Assembly: GCF_021869535.1 (NCBI RefSeq)
Contig: NW_026262668.1
Coordinates: 77,748,001 to 77,812,000 of the forward strand
Direction: 5' to 3'
Source: Mytilus californianus
Taxonomy: Eukaryota
DNA: 64,000 nt
Shown piece by piece: positions 1 through 11,000 of this stretch (position 1 is the first letter of the stretch; every line of letters starts with the position of its first letter). Below the pieces are notes generated by a model. That model saw only the letters and a program-made list of their open reading frames with translations. It ran no database searches and was not told the origin of the DNA. A program made the position numbers and the translations under genes.

Positions 1-826
1 CATGGTGCAGTGACTGCTTGAAAAAAAAGATAGTTTTTTTGTCATGTGAATTTTTTCACTTATGAGTAATAGGATAACTATATTTGGCATATGGGTTCCT
101 TGCAACGTCTACATGTCCATCAGACAGGGTTAATCTGACCTCGACCTCAATTTATGGATCAGTGATCAAGGGTAAAGTTACGTGATTAGGTCCGTTTCTC
201 AAATACTACAAGCAGAAGTTCAACTTTATGTGGTGTATGGAATGATTGTAAGGGGTCAGACTGGCAGGTTTCATCTGACCTTGACCTCATTTTCATGGTT
301 CATTGTGTTTTGGTCTGTTTTTCAAGTACTGTAAGCAATAGGTCAACTATATTTGGTGTATGGAATGATTATAAGGTGTACATGTCCGTCAAGCTGGTGT
401 CATCTGACCTTGACATCATTTTAATTGTTCATTGGTCAATGTTAAGTTTTTGTGTTTTTAAAATACTTATTGCAATAGGTCAACTATAATTGGTGTATGG
501 AATGATTGTAAGGTGTACATGTCTGTCTAGCAAGTATCATCTGACCTTGACCTCATTTCTATGGTTCATTGGTTAACATTAAGTTTTTTGTGTTTTGGTC
601 TGTTTTTCAATTACCATAAGCAATGGGTCAACTGTATTTGGTGTATTGAATAATTGTAAGGTGTACATGGCTGTGTGACAGTTTTTATCTGACCTTGACC
701 TCATTGTCATGGATCTTTAAAAATGTTTAGTTTATGTGATACTTGTAGTAAAACCTTTATCTTTAAGACTTTCAACATAAAATCGGTCAGTAAAACAGGC
801 CAGACATTTCAGCGTGTGCACTTTTG
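1..826 (+). mobile_element. 3' part of a Helentron-type non-autonomous element (HINE/DINE-like) with ~120-130-bp internal tandem repeats
   Basis: Recurring atctgaccttgacctcatttt / tatttggtgtatggaatgattgtaag units; ends gacatttcagcgtgtgcacttttgtt. Confidence 0.65.
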
Positions 827-1001
827 TTGTATAGGTTTATTACGGCTTGTACGCAAGCTTTGGCAAAACTACAAAATCAAACATCCACGATTTTTTTTTT
901 TTTTTTTTTCCTCAATCCCCAAAAATTGGTACCCACGAATCCATGTATTTAACGTGCCTATTGTAAAATTTTAAGGCTAAAAAATCATAAACTGAATTCA
1001 A

Positions 1002-2272
1002 TTTTTATACGACCGCAAAAAAAATTTTGTGGTCGTATATTGGTATGACGTCGTCGTCGTCTTCCGAAGACACATTAGTTTTCGTACTCTAACTTTAGTT
1101 TAAGTGAATGGATCTCAATGAAATTTTACCATAAGGTTCAATACCACAAAAGGAAGGTGGGGATTGATTTTGGGGGTTATGGTACCAACAGTTAAGGAAT
1201 AAGGGGCCAAAAATAAGCATTTTTGTAACTTCCAGACATAACTTGTGTGTAAGTGTATGGATCTCTCTGGCATTGTACCACAAGGTTCCATATCACAAAG
1301 GGAATGCAGGGATTGATTTTGGGGGTAATTGCCTCCAAATTTTAGGAATTAGGGGCCAAAAAGGGGCAAAAAACAAGCATTTTTCTAGTTTCATGACAAT
1401 AACTGGTGTGTATGTGTACGGATCTCTCTGACATTGTACCACAAGGTTCCATATCACAAAGGGAATGCTGGGATTGATGTTGGGGGTAATTGCCTTCAAA
1501 TTTTAGGAATTAGGGGCAAAAAACAAGCATTTTTCTAGTTTCATGACAATAACTTGTGTGTAAGAGTATGGATCTTTATGAAATTGTAATACAAGGTTCC
1601 ATATCACAAAGGGAAAGCTGGAATTGAGTTTGGGGGTAATTGACCAAAAAGCTTAGGAAGAAGGGGCCAAAAATAAGCATTTTTCTAGTTTCCAGACAAT
1701 AATTTGTGTTCAAGTGTATGGATCTCTCTAAAATTGTACTGCAAGGTACCATACCACAAAGGGAAGGCTGGGTTGATTTTGGGGGTAATTCCCTCAAAAT
1801 TTTAGGAATTAGGGGCCATAAACGGGCAAAAAAACAAGCATTTTTCTAGTTTCCAGACAATAACTTGTGTTCAAGTGTATGGATCTCTCTGAAATTGTAC
1901 TGCAAGGTACCATACCACAAAGGGAAGGCTGGGATTGAGTTTGGGAGTGGTGAATCATAAGGGGGTTCAAAAAATTTGGGGAGGGATTTTTTTTTCCTTT
2001 TTTTTCTTTAGAATTTTCCATTTTAAATTGGTTATTTCTGATTTGTATATAAAAGCAAATAATAATGATATGGTTTGAATAGGTAAATTAAAATTTTTTA
2101 AGTTCTTAGACCACTTTCATTTTGTGTCAGAAACCTATGCTGTGTCAAATATTTAATTACAATCCAAATTCAGTGCTGTATCAAGCTTGAATGTTGTGTC
2201 CATACTTGCCCCAACTGTTCAGGGTTCGACCTCTGCGGTCGTATCAAGCTGCGCCCCAGCGAAGCATTTTAT
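1002..2272 (+). mobile_element. HINE family A copy (subTIR ATACGACCGCA)
   Basis: T-run start; 5' subTIR with adjacent inverted copy; (GTC)n; internal tandem repeats; 3' TGCGGTCGTAT plus a small hairpin; T-rich flanks. Confidence 0.85.
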
Positions 2273-2852
2273 TTTATGCCTTATCACAAGAAAAGAACAA
2301 GGCTTCTTAACGACATCATGTCACTATGAAATAATTATAATTTCATTTAAAGGGAAACCTGAATGAAAATATAAAAACATTTTTTTTTTGAAATACCAAA
2401 TAGTCATTCAGCCAAAAAGGCTTATAATGCACTTATAATATTAGTCTATTCTAAATCATTGAGATTGAGTTGTGAAATCAAATTATGTCATATTACTATA
2501 ACATACATTTGTCATCCTTGAGTGACTGGTTAATTTTGCATTGATGTCAATTTCTGAAAAACCTATTGTAATAAGATCAGTAATATTTGTAGCTACATAT
2601 GTCTACATACATATGTAGCTCAGCACTGTTTAGCTGATTTTGCCTCACTATGACATACATTTCAATTTTTTTGATAATGTCCATGTTTTCCGAAGGCTTT
2701 CAGTGTAACCAGTAGTCATCTTGTATTGTCTAAGACTGTTCATAGTAATGATGCATAATCTGTCTGGTATTGAAATTTATTATAAAATTCTTATTTTTGG
2801 TTCAATTGCTCATCCAGAATAAGAAAACTTGCAAAATTATAAGTTACAACAG

Positions 2853-4664
2853 CAGAGTTCGTGAAAACTTATTTTGACCCGTCGGTCCGACAAAGCATGA
2901 TTATTTGTCAGTCCTACAAAATTTTTGCCAGTCTTACAAAATCTGTCAATTTTATCCTGAAATAAAATTAATAACATATTTCAGTGTTCCAGCTTGAATC
3001 TCAGGGCAGAAGGGTGCTAGTTGTCTGAAAGGGCACTTTAGCGTTATAACCCAGATTTTAAGGGCAATGTTGGACAGTGTATAAATTACCTTGAATATTG
3101 CTAGGCTCAGCTGGAGAACATTAGTTGTATTTAAACCATATTCAGAAATTAATGTGTTCTTGATATTGGTTCCAGTAAGAATTTTTTCCATCAAATTATC
3201 ATACCATGAAGCAAAGCATATCATTTTGATGTTAATCTAAACAAGCTTGTACATTTGGTATGGAAAATAATCATCAGGAATTTCAATGTTTTATAATTTA
3301 TACCAAAATAAACAAGTAGTTTTGAAAGATGGAGTTATACATTCAAAATTGAATGTTGAATGTAATTAAATTATCTACATTTAAATTACTTGTTCAAACA
3401 TATAGTATATATATTATTGAGAGTTATTTATTATCATTTGAATTGTTACAAAAAATTATTTTTAAGTGCACACCAAAGTGCTCCTCAGTAAGGAGTTTTA
3501 TAAATATAACAGGTGAGACAGGAGATAATCATATTTTATATTGATGCAATTATATATTGCAGAAGGTATAAACAGTTACTTTTTTCTCCATCATTGTTAA
3601 AGATAACTTTGTTGAGTGTTCCTATGTCAGGAGGATTATAAAATACAAGAAGTATTAAAAACAGGAAGTGAATCTTGTTATGTTCAAAGTACAAATTTCT
3701 TTGATTCCTCTTTAAATTTCATACTCATGGTTATGAAACAAAAATTTTTTTACCAATTAAGTCAAAACTATGTATGCCTTTAAAATTGTTTAAGATTTTA
3801 TTTTTTATGTTATGCCTACTGAGATAAATTTTTTCAGGTGTACATGCTGTACATAAACATTACAAATGGATAACATGTGGACATTTCATTCTGTATTAAA
3901 TATCTAGTTCAATTATCTTAAATCCACTAATTAGCAGTAAACAATCATTAACAAAGGTGATAAAACTGCCGAAGCACTAGGTATTTAACTTAATCCCATT
4001 GTCAGTTAATTAGTGTTACACAATCAGGTAACAATTTTACCGGAAACGCCGGTAGGCATGAAATTTGAAAATTTTATTTTTTTGAAAAGGCAGAGGGGTG
4101 CATTCTTTTACTTTGGAGGGCAGAAGGGCGGGGGTAAGGGCACCAAGGGCGGGCCGCCCTTCTATTTAGGGCAGGCGGGAACACTGTATTTTATCGAAAA
4201 ATAACTTTATTAATATTAGTTTTATTCTTCGCACCCACAGGCAAATTAACAATGAAGGACCAGTTCAGGTCTTCTGATTGTTCTTATTTAAAGTCATCTT
4301 CACTATCCATTTCATCATCTGAATCACTTTCTCGGCTGTTACAGTATTTGTTTGCTCCATTGTAGGGTTCAACGCGGATTGTTTGCCAGGGATGGCTCTA
4401 TGAACAAATTTAGTAGGCCACGTGTAAATCGCCACTTTGGTTTGTTTATAATAAATCCGGAAATTGTCAGCGGGTACATCTGATAACCGATGTAAACACT
4501 TATTGGAAACAGTTGCGGTACATCTAATAACCGATGTAAAAAAGTGCCGAAATATGCACTACAATGGCCGTTTTCACATCAGTCATCGGGACCGGCACTA
4601 GCCTTCAAAATACTGGTCCGAGCCTCATTTTGACCGACAGGACAGACCATTTTCGCAAACTCTG
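2853..4664. mobile_element. Non-autonomous hAT-like element, 6-bp TSD
   Basis: TIR CAGAGTTCGTGAAAA / reverse complement CAGAGTTTGCGAAAA (13/15); CAACAG at 2847-2852 and 4665-4670. Confidence 0.6.
2982..4186. mobile_element. Nested non-autonomous hAT-like element, 5-bp TSD
   Basis: TIR CAGTGTTCC.GC.TG (13/15); TATTT at 2977-2981 and 4187-4191. Confidence 0.55.
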
Positions 4665-4838
4665 CAACAGTATAAAAAAACTTGAAATTAAAACAAAATA
4701 TATATATATATATCTTATGAGGACTTTTGTGGCACACACATGTATCGGTATACTGTAAAAGGAAACTAAATAAATGATTATTTTATTTATTAGTGGTTGC
4801 AAGCAGCAAACTAATTTAATGAATATTTTCCTTAATAG

Positions 4839-5061
4839 TGCTTGCAAGCAGCAGATGCAGGATATCATTGCCAGAGGACAGAGTGGTAATGGAATGGAGA
4901 TGATGGGAGGAGGAGGAGGGGTTGGTGGTGGTGGTGGTGGTGGTAGTGTTGGCAATGGTGGAATGTATGGGGACATGCAAACTGTTGTAGAAATGTTGAT
5001 TCCAGGAAACAAGGTCGGACTCATTATTGGAAAAGGAGGAGAGACCATCAAAGTCTTGCAG
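4839..5061 (+). CDS. FUBP1: FUBP-like exon: end of KH1, Gly-rich linker, start of KH2
   Basis: ttaatag|t GCT TGC AAG...; ACKQQMQDIIARGQ...VEMLIPGNKVGLIIGKGGETIKVLQ; donor cag|gtaaaa at 5062. Confidence 0.93.
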
Positions 5062-8000
5062 GTAAAAATTGACTTCATTACATTATCGAATGGTACTGGA
5101 TTCCTTTGTGTTGCAGAGTGAGGTATTAAGATTTTCCTGTTTATCTGTCTGGTACACCAATGTAGCCCCTGATTTTTACAGTCTCAGTGCTATGTTTGGG
5201 GAAGCAAATTTTTTCAACCTGGTCTATATATGAGATAGCAAACTTGTCTATAAAACTTGAATTTAATATTTTAAAATTTGAATTGCAACATGCACCATTG
5301 AGCAGTTGCTGTAATGGGTCATAGTGATAATTTGTATCTATACTCTTGGAATGACATTGATATTTATTTATTTTAGGAAAGGGCAGGTGTTAAAATGGTT
5401 ATGATACAAGACAGCAATATTCAAACAGCCCATGAAAAACCTTTGAGAATTACAGGAGATCCTCAGAACTGTCAGGTATGATAATATCCCTCTTTCAACT
5501 AAAATATATAGAGGTATTAGAAAGTATAGATTACTATGTTGAATTCCATAAAAGGGATGGAATGAAATAGTTACTATTGTGTATGGTTGTCCATAGCTGA
5601 AAAATATATGTAGAAGGGAAACTTAGACACCATTCATGCATTTAGTTTTAAAACTTTGCAACATTTAACAATGTAAATCAAGTTAGTTCCTTATATCATG
5701 TTTTACTGCAACAATTATTGTACAGAAATTGTAATCATGTGAAGGTTGTTTGTCAATAAGTTTCTCAAAGTGTTCGGGGAGCCGAGAGAACCTAATAAAG
5801 ACTATGCAGCTTTCTGGTTTTTCAGCATAATGATATTTTAAAATGAGAGGTTTGAATACAGTATATTTCTGCTTCGTTTTTCTCTTGTTTGTTTTCTGTT
5901 ATATACGTATAGAAAATGTTTTTGATAATCTAAATGAAGGGCAAGTGAAAATCTCACAAAAAGTGGTGCACATCATAATAATATTCAGGAATTGCTTACA
6001 TCCATATCGAAACAAACTTTTCAAGTTTTTTTCATGTTTGCCAATGCTTAAGTGTTTGGGTTTTTTTTCCATTTGTAGAGAGCAAAAGAAATGGTCATGG
6101 ATTTATTAGCAGAGAAGGAAATGGAAGTAAGTATTGATGTTAAAAAAAAAATACATATTAACTCATTAAGTAGTTAGATTCCATAGCAAGTTCAGATTGA
6201 ATGTACTTGTAATATGTCGTGAAAATATACCATGAAAAACAAACTACACTATTGGTATAAAAAATTCGTAAGGGTTCCAGGGAACCCAGTGTGTCGCCTA
6301 TTTTTTCTGTTAATCGCAGGCTCAACAAAAATGAGGAAGTAAATCAATAAAAATATTCCTCTTGATACTATCTTTTGATTGTAAGAAGCTTCTGTCCAAG
6401 TTTGGTAAAAATCCAGGATAGTTTATGAATCTAATAAATGTTTAAATACTTTAACTGCAGACTGAATGTAATGTTAACTGGAAGAAAACAAAATTTCTTT
6501 CTAGATACTAGCATTTGATCATAAACAAGCTTCTGTCCAAGTTTGGTACAAATCCAAAATAGTATAAGAAAGTTATTAAAATTTTAAAAACTTTAACCAC
6601 AGAGTGAATGTGTTGTTTCCTGGCAGAAAATCCAAGTCCATTTAAAAGTAAAAAATGGAAAAAATGGATTTATTTTTTTTACAAAATTTCCTTCTGGATA
6701 CTATCTTGATCATAAACAAGCTTCTGTCCAAGTTTGGTACAAACCCAGGATAGTTTAAGAAAGTTATTAAAATTTTAAAAACTTAAACCACAGAGTGAAT
6801 GTAATATTTCCCAGCAGAAAAACTAAGAAAATTTATAAGTAAAATACTGAAAAAATGGAATTTTATTTTTACAAAATTTACTTCTGGATACTATCTTATG
6901 ATCATAAACAAGCTTCTGTCCAAGTTTGGTAGAAATCAAGGATAGTTTAAGAAAGTTATTAAAATTTCAAAAACTTTAACCACAGAGTGAATATTTGTGG
7001 ACGCCGCCGACGGAATGTAGGATCGCTATGTCTCGCTTTTTCGACTAAAGTCGAAGGCTCGACAAAAATGATGTTGGAAATCACACAGGCTTCCACTGAT
7101 TACTTTTTTGGTTTTGGTTGTTGACAATGCACATAATTAGAGCCCATATGACCATTGTTTTGTCAGATGGGTGTCGTCATGTGCTACATCAATGTAAGAT
7201 TTCGCTAACACCATTAGGATGTGTATACATTCTGTGAATGGGGTTTGATAGTAGACCTTACAACACTTTATCCAAAAATAATGATAAAACTAAGGAAGCA
7301 TATGTATTGATAGAATCTAGTAATTAGACCCCTACCGACGAAGTCGAAGAGGACTTTAGGTTTGCACTCCGTCCATCAGTCCGGCAAATCAGTTTTCCAC
7401 ACTTTTATTCTTCATGCTTTAAGATTCGATATTTGGTGTATTGTTTTATCATGACAAGTTCAAATTTTGTTCCGGTCTGATGATTTTGTGCAGAGTTGTG
7501 GTCCTTGGACTTAAATAATTCACTTAAATAATCAGTTTTCAACACTTTTTTTCGTCATGCTTGCAGATATTGACTTGATATTTGTTATATAGTTTACACC
7601 ATGACAAGTTATAAATCAAGTTAGCATATTGTTCCAGTACAATTAATTTTTAACCGGTAGGGGACTATGTATTGCCATGCAATACTCTCAGAATGCTTGT
7701 TTTTTTTACTAATAGATGTCAATGACTTTTAAGACTATAATATACAGGCCAAATTTGATGGTTTAGACATTGTTTCTAGATGACAACAGATTTGACATTT
7801 ACTGGTCTAGAGTTCTGCCCCTAAATTTTCTTTGAACATAGTTTGTTTTAATTTTATTTCCTGGATGATAGTTAATCTCTACTTTACAAAACCTTTTGGA
7901 TTTTGAAGAGAGTGGACATTTTTTGTTTAAGAGTTATGCTGTAATAGAGGGTATGTGATCACTAGGTTTAGCAAATATGATATTTTAGTGTATAACATTT

Positions 8001-11000
8001 TTTTAAATGATTAATTGTTCCTCTATAGAGTTTCTGTATTTGTGTACATTATACCAAAGTTTCCCCAAGTTTCCTTGTTTGTCAATTAACAATTTTCTTA
8101 GAGAACTAAATGTAATGTAGTATTGCTTGGACTCTTTAACAATATTTACTCTAATTAAGGATTGTGTGTATATGATCATATCGCAATTTCTTGTGAACTG
8201 CAGAGGTGGTTTTTTTTTAGGGGGTTGGGAGGGGGCATTCTCCTAAATTTTGAAAATTGTTTTGAGAGCTAATTCTCCTGTACTTATATAAAATAGAATT
8301 CTACCAATTAAGATAATTGCATCCCTTTAATTCATCATTTCCAAACAGTCAAAACACTTAACATAAGAAATAGTAGAAAATGCACATAATTAGAGCCCAT
8401 GTGATCATTACTTTGTCAGATGGGTGTCGTCATGTGCTACATAAATGCAATGTTTCGCTAACACCATTAGGATGTGTATACATTCTGTGAATGGGGTTTT
8501 AATAGTAGACCTTGCAACACTATCCAAAAACAGTTCTAAAATGAAGATGCATATGTTTTCAGATGAAGTAGTAATTTTTCCCAATAGAAATTAATATTGA
8601 TGACTTATTATGCCCATGCCCTGTCTTGAAGAGGTGGGCTTATATAGCACAATCAGTTCTTCTTCCTATTTGAAAGACCTTTTGGGATCCCCTCTGTGGG
8701 AAAAGTGATGACACAGGAAGAAAAGGAAACATAATTAATTTTAGTATTATAGTTTAACAGTTGGTAACCATACTGATTGAAAGTAATTTGAAGAAATAAT
8801 CTTCAAACTATGTAATTTAAAATATACATGCAAATACACAACGTTTTATTATCATTATTTATTGAGATAATTGCATTAGAAGCTTGGAACCCGGGAATTT
8901 AATAAAATTGTTGATCTTTGCTGCATATTAATAAAAAAAAAATATGCAAAATTGATGGATACAAAATCTAAAGCTCTTTCCAGTTGGCAATTTTCAGAAT
9001 GTTCCGTATAGTCCTTAACATGACACAATTTCCCAATATACTTATTTTCTACAACTAAGTTTTCAAGCATGCTTGTCTGCTCATTCACTGGAACATTCAA
9101 TATGAATGTTTGAATATACCTGAAATGTTTAAAAAGTTAAGAGCCTTAATTACTAAGAAACTTCAATGATTGGCATATGAATTAGTAGGAAATGCACATA
9201 ATTAGAGCCCATATGACCATTGTTTTGTCAGATGGGTGTCGTCATGTGCTACATCAATGTAAGATTTCGCTAACACCATTAGGATGTGTATACATTCTGT
9301 GAATGGGGTTTGATAGTAGACCTTACAACAACCACAACTCTCACTATTAAACAAACCTAGTGGAAAAATTCAAATAAATGGGTACAACTTATGATCAGCT
9401 ATTGAACAAAACCCAGCGGAATTGTTATCTGATGGGTTAAGTTTTGAAGGTCTACGATGGAAAGCTAACACTTTTATACCATTCTCTGGTGTTTAATGTG
9501 TCTTTGGATCTAGAATCGTTTCAAACAAGTCATACAAATTTGTCAAGTAACATGGTTTTTAATAGATTTTTTTTTTCAAATTTAATTCCAGTTATTGTTT
9601 GAGGGTTGTACAGAATGCTGGTAACTAGCTCCAATTGTTTCTGTGCATTTACTTGTGAATAAGTTCGCTGATGCTTTTCAAACCTTGCTATGTTGTTACA
9701 GATGACAAAATGGAAGTCAAATGATTTTCACTGTTGTTCAGGATTAATGGTCCTTGCAATTGGTTGACTGGAAAGCTGCATTTCTGTCAGTTCTGTGCAA
9801 TTCAGTTGAAAACTATTTTAACCAATTAGAAAAGTTTCTATTTATATGTTGTTACTGATAAACAAAAATGGAGGTACAGTACATTCTAAAATTCTAGTGG
9901 GTCATTTTTGCGGTTGAGTTATCTTCATTGCTTTAACAATGACGCTAATAATGTAATAAAAACACAATATGCTGTCATTTTGACAGCTTCTTGTTTAGCT
10001 TCATAAGGAGACCAATTTAAGACCATAGATGATAGTGAGGGCTATTCCATTAAAAAGTATGTGGAAGGGTAGGAAGGGAAGTTTAATTATTGAATGTGGG
10101 TCATGGGTCTTTTTTCAGTATGCATCTATTACCATTATACAAAATTATCTAAATAATGGTTCTTGGTTGTAGGGATATTTTGAAAGTCCCTTCCTACCCT
10201 CCCACATACATTTTAATGGAATAGCCCTGATAGAGGATGTCAGTTATTTCATGGTAAACCAGATTCACAGCCAGCAATGTTAAATGCATAACTTTTTATG
10301 TAATTTGATAACTGAAAGTTTGCAGGACCCAGTTATTTATAGATTAATAACTAAAGTCATTGATGGTTACTTTAGTTGACTTATTATTGAATCTTCTGAT
10401 AACAACAGTTAAAAAAGAAACCAAATGCACATAATTAGAGCCCATATGACCATTGTTTTGTCAGATGGGTGTCGTCATGTGCTACATCAATGTAAGATTT
10501 CGCTAACACCATTAGGATGTGTATACATTCTGTGAATGGGGTTTGATAGTAGACCTTACAACACTTGTTCAAATATGATTATATCTACACTTAAAGTTTT
10601 AATTGTAGGATTATTTTAGTATGAAGGTGAGCATTGCCCAGTTGTACAAAAGTAAATCCCACAATAGGGGTTTGGTTTATTGAGGGTTTAACAACTATTT
10701 TTGTACGACCGCCAAAAATTTTTTGCTGTCATATATTGGTATGATGTTGGCGTCGTCGTCCGAAGACACATTGGTTTTCGCACAATAACTTTAGTTTAAG
10801 TGAATGGATCTCTATGAAATTTTACCATAAGGTTCAATACCACAAACGGAAGATTGGTATTGATTTTGGTGGTTATGGTACCAACAGTTAAGGAATTGGG
10901 GCCAACAATAAGCATTTTTGTAACTTCCAGACAATAACTTGTGTTTAAGTGTATGGATCTCTCTAAAATTATATTACAAGTTTCCATACCACAAAGGGAT

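Noticed and set aside
4290-4400. Minus-strand acidic peptide ...SRESDSDDEMDSEDDFK*
   Set aside because: Upstream in-frame stop; at best a transposase tail remnant within the hAT-like element
4605-5078. 157-aa Pro-rich minus-strand ORF (and similar ORFs at 16342, 18075, 18193)
   Set aside because: Antisense or frame-shifted shadows of Gly-rich FUBP exons
5085-5215. Weak H/ACA-like candidate in the intron after exon 4839-5061 (ACACCA between two possible hairpins)
   Set aside because: No ACA box at the expected position, imperfect stems, single copy, no recognisable target
7128-10566. Conserved repeats with unique spacers, superficially CRISPR-like
   Set aside because: 141-nt repeats with kb-scale irregular spacers, eukaryotic intron, no cas genes; explained as H/ACA snoRNAs
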